Below, piece by piece: positions 10,385-18,775 of a DNA stretch of 64,000 nucleotides. Position numbers and translations under genes: made by a program. Position 1 is the stretch's first letter; the number at the start of each line of letters is the position of its first letter. Source of the DNA: Streptosporangiales bacterium (lineage in GTDB: Bacteria; Actinomycetota; Actinomycetes; Streptosporangiales; WHST01). The notes under the pieces are model-generated. The model was not told where the DNA came from, ran no database searches, and saw nothing but the letters and a program-made list of their open reading frames with translations. The stretch spans positions 3,163 to 67,162 of the forward strand of contig WHST01000006.1 in NCBI GenBank assembly GCA_009379955.1. Direction: 5' to 3'.

Positions 10385-10684
10385 ATGGCGGGCAAGTCCG
10401 ACATCGGATGGAAAGTCGTCAGCGGGCTCGCCGCCCTCGGGGCCGGCGTCGCGGCCCGCAAGATCCTCGAGCTCGCCTGGACCAAGTCGACCGGCAACGC
10501 GCCGCCGGAGAACCCCGACTCCCCCGAGGTCGCGATGCGTGAGGCGGTCCTCTGGGCCGTCGCCACCGGCGTCACCATGGGCCTCGCGCGCCTCTTCGCC
10601 ACCCGCGAGGCGGCCAAGGCATGGCGCCGGGTCACCGGCGACCTGCCGGCGGTCTTCCGCGAGATCAAGGAAGAGCTCGACTGA
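10385..10684 (+). CDS. DUF4235-like small protein
   Basis: 99-aa ORF reading MAGKSDIGWKVVSGLAALGAGVAARKILELAW... Confidence 0.68.
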   Translation: MAGKSDIGWKVVSGLAALGAGVAARKILELAWTKSTGNAPPENPDSPEVAMREAVLWAVATGVTMGLARLFATREAAKAWRRVTGDLPAVFREIKEELD

Positions 10685-10693
10685 CGAGACCCG

Positions 10694-11491
10694 TCAGTCG
10701 ACGTCCAGCGTGCGACCCCTGAGGTCGTCGCGGATCGCGTCGGCCAAGCGCTTGGTGCCACGGCGGTTCAGGTACGCACCGGCGACCGCGCCGGTCAGCA
10801 GGGGGCCCAGGGTCGTCAGGTTGCGGCCGAGGCGGGCGAGCAGGCGCTGCCGCAGCTCGCGGCGCGCACCGGCACCGAGGACGGCCGTGACGGAGCCGGG
10901 CTGCAGCGGGCTCACGCCGCGCTGACGTCCCCAGGCCTGCAGGTAGGCGAGGCCGCGCTGACGCCCCGTGCCGTGCACCCGCACGCCGTAGACCTCGTGC
11001 AGCTCGGCGATGAGCTTGATCTCGATCGCCGAGATGATCACCGTCTCGGCGACGATCTGGACCGGAGCGGTGAGCAGGGTGGGCGGGGCGGCGTACTCGA
11101 CGGCCGCCACGGCGCCGCCGGCCGCTCCGACGACGGCCGAGCCGCGCGAGGCGTTCTCGACGAGGGAGTCGGCGAGTGCCTCGCCGGTCAGCCCGTGGTG
11201 GTGCGCGCGCAGGGTGTCGAGGTCACGGACGCGCAGCCGCGGGGAGACACCCTCGAGCACGCCGATCATCCAGCCGACCACGCCGCCCTTGGCACGCGCC
11301 GAGCGCGCACCCCTGCCGACGGACGAGACCACGGTGCCGATGAGCTTGCGACGCTGCTTCGGCTCGAGCGGCTGATCGGGGTCGGTCAGCCGCTCGACGG
11401 CCTCGGCGAGGTCGTCGTGCGCATCGGCGCCGGACGCCGCGGCGGTGATGCCGCGGTCGTCGCCGCCGTCGGTGGGCTGCTTGGCCGTCAT
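10694..11491 (-). CDS. hypothetical protein (Gly/Ala-rich, amphipathic C-terminal half)
   Basis: Internal ATG (MTAKQPTDGG...) of ORF 10694..11911. Upstream of that ATG the frame overlaps the DUF4193 gene. Confidence 0.5.
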   Translation of the reverse strand: MTAKQPTDGGDDRGITAAASGADAHDDLAEAVERLTDPDQPLEPKQRRKLIGTVVSSVGRGARSARAKGGVVGWMIGVLEGVSPRLRVRDLDTLRAHHHGLTGEALADSLVENASRGSAVVGAAGGAVAAVEYAAPPTLLTAPVQIVAETVIISAIEIKLIAELHEVYGVRVHGTGRQRGLAYLQAWGRQRGVSPLQPGSVTAVLGAGARRELRQRLLARLGRNLTTLGPLLTGAVAGAYLNRRGTKRLADAIRDDLRGRTLDVD

Positions 11492-11499
11492 GGTGTAGG

Positions 11500-11796
11500 T
11501 CAGGCCGCGCAGTCGCGGCAGACGAGCTGCCCCTTCTTCGCCTGCGCGAGCTGGCTGCGGTGGTGGACGAGGAAGCAGCGGGAGCAGGTGAACTCGTCTG
11601 CCTGCCGAGGAAGAACGCGAACGCTCAGCTCCTCGTTGGACAGGTCGGCACCCGGCAGCTCGAAGCTCTCGGCCAGTTCGGCCTCGTCTTCGACGGCGAC
11701 CGCGGACTTCTCGCGGCGCCGAGCCTTGAGCTCCTCGATACTGTCTTCGTTCATCTCCTCGTCGGACTTGCGTGGTGCGTCGTAGTCGGTGGCCAT
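11500..11796 (-). CDS. DUF4193-like small protein with C-terminal CxxC...CxxC
   Basis: Internal ATG (MATDYDAPRKSDEEMNEDSIEELK...FTCSRCFLVHHRSQLA...LVCRDCAA) of ORF 11500..12075. Confidence 0.8.
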   Translation of the reverse strand: MATDYDAPRKSDEEMNEDSIEELKARRREKSAVAVEDEAELAESFELPGADLSNEELSVRVLPRQADEFTCSRCFLVHHRSQLAQAKKGQLVCRDCAA

Positions 11797-12078
11797 ATCT
11801 CGTCTCCCCGAATGTCGTCGGAAACCCCAGCGCGGAGGGTGTAACGCGTGGCGGCGGCGGTTTGTGCCCAGCCCGGCGCAGAGATTGTGCACCATGCGCC
11901 CGCTCCGGCACAGCCAGGTATCGACTCGTGGACGTCTACCCGTAGTGCTTTGCCTCACACCACCGAATCGGCCAGCGGCGTGATCAGGAACGACGCCCTC
12001 GGCCAGCGCGGACGTCCTGCGCGAAACGCGACGGGAAGGCATGTGACCAACGCCACGCAGTAGTTCCGCGATCACCGG

Positions 12079-14109
12079 TCAGAGGGAGGCGGGGCGACGC
12101 CACTCCTCGCCGAGCACGTGGTGGGCGAGGAAGGCGAAGACGGTGTCGTACCAGACCGCCGCGTTGCCCGGCTTCAGGATCCAGTGGTTCTCGTCGGGGT
12201 AGTAGAGGAACGTGGCGTCGACGCCGTGGTGGACCAGGTCGGAGTACAACCGCAGCCCCTCACCGATCGGCACCCGGTAGTCCTTGTCACCGTGGATCAC
12301 CAGCATCGGCGTGGTGATCCGGCCGGCGTGCCGGTGCGGCGAGTTGCGCTCGTAGCGATCAGGCTGTTCGAGCGGGTCGCCGAACTGGCTCCGCCAGTAC
12401 GCGGGCAGGTCGGTCGTGCCGCAGAACTCGTCCAGCGCCCACAGGCTCGCGTGCGTGACGATCGCCGTGAAGCGGTCGGTCTGCGTCGCGATCCAGTTGG
12501 CCATGTACCCGCCGAACGACCCGCCCATCGCCGCCGTCCGGCCGGCATCGATGTCGGGGCGCGCGACGACCGCGTCGGTGACCGCCATGAGGTCGGTGTA
12601 GGGACGCTCGCCCCACGTGCCCCAGCCGCGCCGGTGGAAGTCGATGCCGTAACCCGTCGACAGCGCCGGGTCGGGGAGCAGGACGGCGTAGCCGCGGGCC
12701 ACCATCAGCCAGGGGTTCCACCGCCACTGCCACTGGTTCCAGGACGCCGCGGGACCGCCGTGCACCCAGAGCAGCATCGGCGCCGGCCGCTCGGGACCCG
12801 CGCCGTGCGGCAGCGCCAGCCAGGCGCGCAGCGGGCACCCATCGTCCGCGGTGGTCTCGACCTCGGTCAGCGTGCCGGGCAGCGCCGGACGCTCGGCCGG
12901 GCCGCGCAGCCGCTCCGGACGCTGGTCGGGCAGCGCCGGGTCGAGACGCACCGGCGTCGCGGGCTCGTCGACAGTGGTGCGGAGGGCGTAGAGATCGCTG
13001 CCGTCGGGTGACGGTTGCAGCGCGGCGTAGACGCCGTCGTCGCCGGTGAGCGCGGTGACGGCCCCCGACCCGAGGTCGACCCGGACGATCCGCCCGCGGC
13101 CGGTCTCGTCGGTGGTGGTGAGCACCGCCGCTCCGTCGTGCGACCACACCGGGCCGCCCGGCCAGCGGTCGAGGTCGGGCAACAGGTCGCGTTCCTGTCC
13201 CCCGTCGGCCGGCACCACCACCAGCGTCAGGTCGGCCGGCTCGTCGTAGGTGGGCCGGGTCTCGCGCACGGCGGCCACCCACCGGCCGTCGGGCGAGATC
13301 GCGGGGTGCTCGTAGCTGAACCTCTCGTCGTCGAGCAGCACGCGCGTCTCGCCCGTGACCAGGTCGGCCGTGCGCAGTTGGACGCGCACCTCGTCGTGAC
13401 CGTGCGGCACCTTCCACGAGGTCACCAGCCACCGACCGTCCCTCGCGACGTCGAACGACGCCTCGTCGAGGGCGCGGCCGGGCTCCGCCGTGAGATCGCG
13501 CAGGCCGACTGCCAGGTCGGGCGACGTGAGGCCGTCGACCGCGAGGAGATGCGGCTCGTCGGGCCCGAGGTCGTGGTCCCAGTACCTGACCCGCGCCGAG
13601 GTGTGCAGGATCGCGCTGACGCTCCTGTCCCTGCGCTCCCTGCGGCGTTCGGTGTCGTCGCCGTCCACGGCGCCGGGGAGGACGCCGGCCGCGACCACGA
13701 CGGTGCCGGCCTCCGCCGCCACGCCCACCCCGGAGACCCCACCGGCACGGGTGACGAGCCGCTCGGCCTCTCCGCCGCCGGCGGGCAGCCGCCACAGCCC
13801 CGCCGCCTGCTCGGCGCCGTCGGCGTCGCCCGGGTCCGGCCGGTCACTCACGAACAGCAGCCCACCGTCCGGCGAGAACGCCGGTGCCGACTCCCCCTTC
13901 GTCGACCGCGTCAACCGGGTCGCGGGCCGCTCGCCGGCGACGTCGACCTCCCAGAGCGAGCTCACGTAGCTCTTCTCGTCGGTGGACAGCACCGACACCG
14001 TCGCCACGAGCCTGGCGCCGTCGGGCGAGAGGACGAGCGACGAGACGCGCGGGAGCGCGGCGTACGCCGACAGGTCGTGAAACGGCGTGGACACGGCGTC
14101 GTCGGCCAC
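12079..14109 (-). CDS. S9 family serine peptidase (prolyl oligopeptidase / acylaminoacyl-peptidase type)
   Basis: 676 aa with an N-terminal beta-propeller-like region. The C-terminal alpha/beta hydrolase has the nucleophile elbow GGSFGG, then HGDKDYRVP and DENHW. Confidence 0.85.
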   Translation of the reverse strand: MADDAVSTPFHDLSAYAALPRVSSLVLSPDGARLVATVSVLSTDEKSYVSSLWEVDVAGERPATRLTRSTKGESAPAFSPDGGLLFVSDRPDPGDADGAEQAAGLWRLPAGGGEAERLVTRAGGVSGVGVAAEAGTVVVAAGVLPGAVDGDDTERRRERRDRSVSAILHTSARVRYWDHDLGPDEPHLLAVDGLTSPDLAVGLRDLTAEPGRALDEASFDVARDGRWLVTSWKVPHGHDEVRVQLRTADLVTGETRVLLDDERFSYEHPAISPDGRWVAAVRETRPTYDEPADLTLVVVPADGGQERDLLPDLDRWPGGPVWSHDGAAVLTTTDETGRGRIVRVDLGSGAVTALTGDDGVYAALQPSPDGSDLYALRTTVDEPATPVRLDPALPDQRPERLRGPAERPALPGTLTEVETTADDGCPLRAWLALPHGAGPERPAPMLLWVHGGPAASWNQWQWRWNPWLMVARGYAVLLPDPALSTGYGIDFHRRGWGTWGERPYTDLMAVTDAVVARPDIDAGRTAAMGGSFGGYMANWIATQTDRFTAIVTHASLWALDEFCGTTDLPAYWRSQFGDPLEQPDRYERNSPHRHAGRITTPMLVIHGDKDYRVPIGEGLRLYSDLVHHGVDATFLYYPDENHWILKPGNAAVWYDTVFAFLAHHVLGEEWRRPASL

Positions 14110-14266
14110 CGTCGGGCTCCTCGTGTCGGGGTCTCACGGACGTCGGCGACGCTACCGCGTCGGGCGCCGACCACGCTTCGTGTCGGACGTTCCCGACTTT
14201 GGTAACGAGTTGATAACGAGCGTCACCGGCCCGTTGCCCCGCGTAGCCGGGACGCGCAACCTTGGT

Positions 14267-14293
14267 GCAACTCGTGTTGTCAACACGAGTTGC
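14267..14293. promoter_or_regulatory. 27-bp near-perfect palindrome upstream of the nucleoside hydrolase gene
   Basis: GCAACTCGTGTTG-T-CAACACGAGTTGC (13+1+13) ends 36 nt before ATG 14329. A related direct repeat TAACGAG-ttga-TAACGAG lies at 14203-14220. Confidence 0.4.
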
Positions 14294-14328
14294 CCCGGTT
14301 GCGACGTCCTGCCCAAAGGAGCGCGGTC

Positions 14329-15486
14329 ATGCGGATCGGTCGGTTCTCGGCACTCGTCCTCGCGATCCTCGTCGCGGTGCCAGGAGCGGCGCACGCCGCC
14401 ACCGCCCCCACGGCCCCTGACGTCCGACCGGTCGCCGCCCCGACCGGGGACACCACCGGGGCGAAGACCAAGAAGGTCATCGTCGACGCCGACATGGGTG
14501 AGCTGAACGACGACGCCGTCGCCCTGTTCATGCTCGCGAACTCCCCCTCGGTCGACGTGCTCGGCGTGACAATCGTCGCGGGCAACACCTGGGCCGAGGA
14601 GGGCACCGCGTACGGCCTCCGGCAGCTCGAGCTGATCAAGCGCACCGACATCCCGGTCATTGTCGGTGCCGGCGAGCCGCTCAACGCGTCCCGCCAGCAG
14701 CAACTGGCTGCCGAGCAGGATCTCTTCGGCAACATCGAGTACACCGGCGCGTTCTCCCGGGAGCGGCCGCGCTCGTACCGCGACCTCGCCGAACCTCCGT
14801 ACGGCGGCTACCCGAAGACCAGGCCCGCCAAGGGCACCGCGGTGAAGTTCATCGTCGACCAGGTGAAGAAGCACCCGCACCAGGTCACGCTGTTCGCGCT
14901 CGGCCCCGCCGCCAACGTCACGCTGGCGATGAAGGAGCACCCGGAGATCGTCCCGCTCGTCAAGGACGTCATCTACATGGGCGGCGCCTTCGACGTGCCG
15001 GGCAACACCTCGCCCGCGGCCGAGTTCAACTGGTGGTTCGACCCCGAGGCGGCGAAGATGGCCGTCCGCACCCCGTTCGAGAAGCAGACGATCGTGCCGC
15101 TCGACGTGTGCGAGACCGTCACCTACTCGAAGGCGGAGTACGACCGCATCGTCGCCGGCCGCGAGACGCCGATCAAGAAGATGTTCAAGGACTTGCACGG
15201 TCCCGGCTTCGCCGAGGACCCGGAGGACACGAGCTTCGTCTGGGACGCCCTGACCGCCGCGATCTTCCTCGAGCCGGACCTCGCGACCAAGGTCGAGAAG
15301 CGCTACGTCGACGTCGACTCCACCTACGGTCCGAACTACGGGCGTTCGATGGGCTACGGCCCGAGCCGCAACCGCTCGCTCGACAACCCCGACGACTTCC
15401 CCGTCGGCACGCAGCAGGCCGACATTCTCCTCGAGATCGACCAGAAGAGGTTCTGGGATCTCTACATCAGCCTGATGCGCCGCTGA
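14329..15486 (+). CDS. secreted nucleoside hydrolase (IU-NH family)
   Basis: ATG 14329 lies 7 nt after AAAGGAG. The signal peptide reads MRIGRFSALVLAILVAVPGAAHA. An N-terminal Asp cluster VIVDADMGELNDDAVAL resembles the DxDxxxDD Ca-binding motif. Confidence 0.78.
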   Translation: MRIGRFSALVLAILVAVPGAAHAATAPTAPDVRPVAAPTGDTTGAKTKKVIVDADMGELNDDAVALFMLANSPSVDVLGVTIVAGNTWAEEGTAYGLRQLELIKRTDIPVIVGAGEPLNASRQQQLAAEQDLFGNIEYTGAFSRERPRSYRDLAEPPYGGYPKTRPAKGTAVKFIVDQVKKHPHQVTLFALGPAANVTLAMKEHPEIVPLVKDVIYMGGAFDVPGNTSPAAEFNWWFDPEAAKMAVRTPFEKQTIVPLDVCETVTYSKAEYDRIVAGRETPIKKMFKDLHGPGFAEDPEDTSFVWDALTAAIFLEPDLATKVEKRYVDVDSTYGPNYGRSMGYGPSRNRSLDNPDDFPVGTQQADILLEIDQKRFWDLYISLMRR

Positions 15487-15556
15487 GCCACCCCCGGTCC
15501 GCGGGCGTCCCCCCGCCGCGGATCGGGGGTTCCACCTCGCGGCCGCGGCGGCGCCG

Positions 15557-16585
15557 TCAGGAGCGGCAGCAGTCGGGCGCGCAGCGGTCCCAGGAAGGGC
15601 CGAGCCGACCGAGTGCCCGCCGTGGCGTCGCCGGGTGGGTCCGTTCGAGCACCAGCTCGCGCACCATCGAGACGAACTCGGGAGCCGTGCCGACGGCGGG
15701 GACGCGCACGGCGTGCATGCCGAGCTTCCGGGCCTCGCCGAGGGCCTCGGTGTCGAGGTCGAAGACGACCTCCATGTGGTCGGAGACGAACCCGACCGGG
15801 ATGATCGCGACCGCGCGCACACCCTTGTCATGGAGTGTCACGAGGTGGTCGCAGACGTCGGGCTCGAGCCACGGCTGGCTCGGCGGGCCGCTGCGGCTGC
15901 ACCACGCGACGTCCCAGTCGTACTGCCCGACGGCCTGCGCGACGAGCCTGGCCGTCTCGGTCACCTGCGCCGGGTACGCGCCTCCGGTGGGGCCGCTGGC
16001 GTCGGACATCGCGATCGGGATGCTGTGGGCGACGAACACCAGCCGCGCGCCGGCCCTCTCGTCCGCCGGCAGCTCGAGCAGCGAGTCACGGGTCGCGCGG
16101 ACCATCGGCTCGACGAATCCCGGGTGGTCGTAGAACGGGCGGATCTTGTCGACGACGGGCGCGCCGGGACCCACCTCCGCCCTGGCCGCCTCGATGTCCT
16201 CGCGGTAGACGCGGCACGACGAGTACGAGGAGTAGGCCGACGTGACGAACGCGAGCGCCCTGCCGACGCCGTCGTCGGCCATCTGCCGCATCGTGTCGGT
16301 GAGCAGCGGGTCCCAGTTGCGGTTGCCCCAGTAGAGCGGGAGGTCGATGCCGTTGGTCTCGAAGTCGGCTCCGACGGCCGCGAGCAGCTCGCGGCACTGC
16401 CCGTTGATGGGGCTGACCCCGCCGAAGTGGTGGTAGTGCTCGGCGACCTCGAGCAGCCGCTCGCGCGGTACGTCGCGTCCGCGCGTGACGTTCTCCAGGA
16501 ACGGCATCACGTCGTCGGGACCCTCGGGCCCGCCGAAGGAGACGAGGAGGACGGCGTCGTAGCCGTGGGAGCTCATGTGCTCCAT
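15557..16585 (-). CDS. hemH: ferrochelatase (actinobacterial coproporphyrin type with C-terminal Cys cluster)
   Basis: Part of ORF 15557..16630, starting at MEHM/MSSHGY. Sequence reads AVLLVSFGGPEGPDDVMPFL...GVSPING...VAHSIP...GFVSDHMEVVFDLD and has a C-terminal CAPDCC. Confidence 0.9.
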   Translation of the reverse strand: MEHMSSHGYDAVLLVSFGGPEGPDDVMPFLENVTRGRDVPRERLLEVAEHYHHFGGVSPINGQCRELLAAVGADFETNGIDLPLYWGNRNWDPLLTDTMRQMADDGVGRALAFVTSAYSSYSSCRVYREDIEAARAEVGPGAPVVDKIRPFYDHPGFVEPMVRATRDSLLELPADERAGARLVFVAHSIPIAMSDASGPTGGAYPAQVTETARLVAQAVGQYDWDVAWCSRSGPPSQPWLEPDVCDHLVTLHDKGVRAVAIIPVGFVSDHMEVVFDLDTEALGEARKLGMHAVRVPAVGTAPEFVSMVRELVLERTHPATPRRALGRLGPSWDRCAPDCCRS

Positions 16586-16638
16586 GAAAGCACCGTGTGC
16601 GCGGTCACTGCGAAGTGACGTGTACCGCACGGCCCGCG

Positions 16639-17757
16639 TCAGCTCGATCCGGCGTACGCCTCGGCGAGGTCGAGCACCTGCCGCACGTAGCTGTCGGAGT
16701 GGTTGTAGGCGAAGACCGCGGTGGACAGTCCCGCCCCGCCGCGGCCCGCGCCGTGCTCGCAGAGGTAGTCGGCGGCGGCCGGCACCGCGTCGTACGGGTC
16801 CCAGATGTCGCGCCGGCCGTCGCCGTTGCCGTCGACGCCGAACGACCGCCAGGTCGAGGGCAGGAACTGCATCGGACCGAGCGCGCCCGCGGTCGACGGG
16901 CCCATGTTGCGTCCGTGGTCACTCTCGACCTGCCCGATCGCGGCGAGGACCGCCCAGGACAGCCCGGGACAACGCGATGCCGCCCGCTCGTACAGCTCGC
17001 GGTAGGTGCCGGGCTCACCGGTGGGCGTCGGCTCCGCCGGCTCGGACCGCGGCGCGCGGACGGCCGTCACCCGGGCGCGGGGGCCGAGAGCCTTGCGCAC
17101 GGCGCTCGGAGTGCCCGCGGTGGCGGCCGGGGCGTTGACGAGGACCGCCCCACCGTCGGTCAGCCCGAGCCCGCGTGCCGTGGAGGAGGTCACGAGCCCG
17201 CCCACGCGGGGCAGGTCGAGCGCGGCGAGTGCGCCGAGCCGCAGCGGCAGCGCCCGCTCGGCCGTCACCGCATAGGTGTCGCCGAGCGTGAGGCCGCGGG
17301 CCTCGCGGGCCTCGAAGGTCAGCACGAGCTGCTCCTCGGCGAGCGCACGCCAGAGCGCGTCCGACTTGGCCGACGCGAGCGGTGTCCAGGCCCGGAAGGT
17401 GGACGGCTCGACGCCGAGCACGACGGCGCTGCCCGACCCGACGCCGACCGTTCCCGCGGCGACGCGGAGGGTCTCGGTGACCCCGGCGACACGTCCCAGC
17501 CGGCGCATCGCGGGGGCATCGATCGGCGCCGGTGAGGTAACGAGCAGGTCGGGCGCGACGACCCGGTTCAGCGGCGCAACTCCCCCGTTCCCCGGTGCCC
17601 CGGTCGTGGGCATCGGCGACGGCGACGGTGACGGCGGGCCGGGCGACGCGACGCGAGACGGCATGGTGCCGGTGACGGCGACGGCGGTGCCGACGGCCAG
17701 CGTCGCGACACACGCGACGGCGACCACCACGCTCACCGTCGCCCGCGTCGCGCTCAT
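16639..17757 (-). CDS. lytic transglycosylase domain protein (membrane-anchored or secreted)
   Basis: 372 aa with an N-terminal hydrophobic anchor and a Pro-rich linker. The C-terminal SLT-like region reads LAAIGQVESDHGRN...GPMQFLPSTW...YNHSDSYV. Confidence 0.75.
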   Translation of the reverse strand: MSATRATVSVVVAVACVATLAVGTAVAVTGTMPSRVASPGPPSPSPSPMPTTGAPGNGGVAPLNRVVAPDLLVTSPAPIDAPAMRRLGRVAGVTETLRVAAGTVGVGSGSAVVLGVEPSTFRAWTPLASAKSDALWRALAEEQLVLTFEAREARGLTLGDTYAVTAERALPLRLGALAALDLPRVGGLVTSSTARGLGLTDGGAVLVNAPAATAGTPSAVRKALGPRARVTAVRAPRSEPAEPTPTGEPGTYRELYERAASRCPGLSWAVLAAIGQVESDHGRNMGPSTAGALGPMQFLPSTWRSFGVDGNGDGRRDIWDPYDAVPAAADYLCEHGAGRGGAGLSTAVFAYNHSDSYVRQVLDLAEAYAGSS

Positions 17758-17959
17758 GTACGCTCACTCCCGGTCACCGTCGATTCGGCCGCCCATGGAG
17801 GCGACACCACCACCTCCCGACACCGGCGTCAGCCGCCGAAGGCAGTCAATACTGTGGCAGTCGCCGACCGACTTCGCGACTCGCCGGGCGTGGTCGTAGC
17901 ACCCGCCTCCCCGTGCGAGGAGACTGCCTGTGTTGTCGACTGCCGCCCGGAGGCCGAGC

Positions 17960-18769
17960 ATGCAGGAATTGCGCCTCGTCGGGATCAGTGACGAGGGCGA
18001 CCACCTGCTCCTCGCCGCTCCCGATGCCACAGGTGCGCATTTCCGTGTGCCACTCGACGGGCGGATCCGCGCCGCCGTCCAGGGCGCGGCGGCGCGTCCC
18101 GGGCAGCTCGAGAAGCAGATGGAGAGCACGGTGCGACCAAAAGAGATCCAGACCCGCATCCGCGCCGGTCAGAGCCCGGAAGAGGTCGCCAGTGCCGCCG
18201 GGCTCCCGCTGGAGCGCATCGAGGCGTTCGCCACCCCGGTGATCAGGGAACGCATGCACATCACCGAGCTCGCGCAGAAGACGGCGGTGCGCCGTCCCGG
18301 CGAGTCGCAGCCCAACGCCGAGCTCGGCGAGCTGGTCCGCCAGCGACTGCAGGCCAGGGGCGTCGACCCCGACGACCTCGACTGGGACTCCTGGCGGCGC
18401 GAGGACGGCACCTGGAAGGTGCGGCTGCAGTACAAGCTCGCCAACCGCAGCGGCGTCGCGGAGTGGATCTACGACGTGTCCGCGCGCCACGTCCGCCCGG
18501 TCGACGACGAGGCCGCGTCCCTGGTGAGCGCCAACGGCACGGTGCGTCCCGAGCCTCCGGTCGAGGAGGTCGTCGAGCGGCCCCGGTTGGCCGCGGTGGG
18601 TGGCGGCGTGGAGCCGGCTTCCTCGATCGTCGAGCCGCAGGAACCCCTCGCCGACGACAACGACACCCAGCCGCTGCGCATCGCCCGCCAACCAGCCAAG
18701 GCCAACAAGCGCGCGTCGGTGCCGTCCTGGGACGAGATCATCTTCGGCACCCGCCGACAGAAGGACTGA
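17960..18769 (+). CDS. sepH: septation protein SepH-like (DUF3071)
   Basis: Internal ATG of ORF 17930..18769. Sequence reads MQELRLVGISDEGDHLLL...TVRPKEIQTRIRAGQSPEEVASAAGLPLERIEAF and ends in a basic C-terminal tail. Confidence 0.75.
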   Translation: MQELRLVGISDEGDHLLLAAPDATGAHFRVPLDGRIRAAVQGAAARPGQLEKQMESTVRPKEIQTRIRAGQSPEEVASAAGLPLERIEAFATPVIRERMHITELAQKTAVRRPGESQPNAELGELVRQRLQARGVDPDDLDWDSWRREDGTWKVRLQYKLANRSGVAEWIYDVSARHVRPVDDEAASLVSANGTVRPEPPVEEVVERPRLAAVGGGVEPASSIVEPQEPLADDNDTQPLRIARQPAKANKRASVPSWDEIIFGTRRQKD

Positions 18770-18775
18770 GGCCGC

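Noticed and set aside
14152-15831. 559-aa minus-strand ORF over the nucleoside hydrolase gene
   Set aside because: It is an antisense shadow. The plus-strand frame has an RBS, a signal peptide and a hydrolase Asp cluster.
17803-17823. Two GACAC pentamers upstream of sepH (the WhiA-type motif reported for Streptomyces)
   Set aside because: A 5-mer is expected by chance at this GC content, and I cannot show that the organism has a WhiA-controlled sepH. I noted it only as context for the heptamer-repeat finding.
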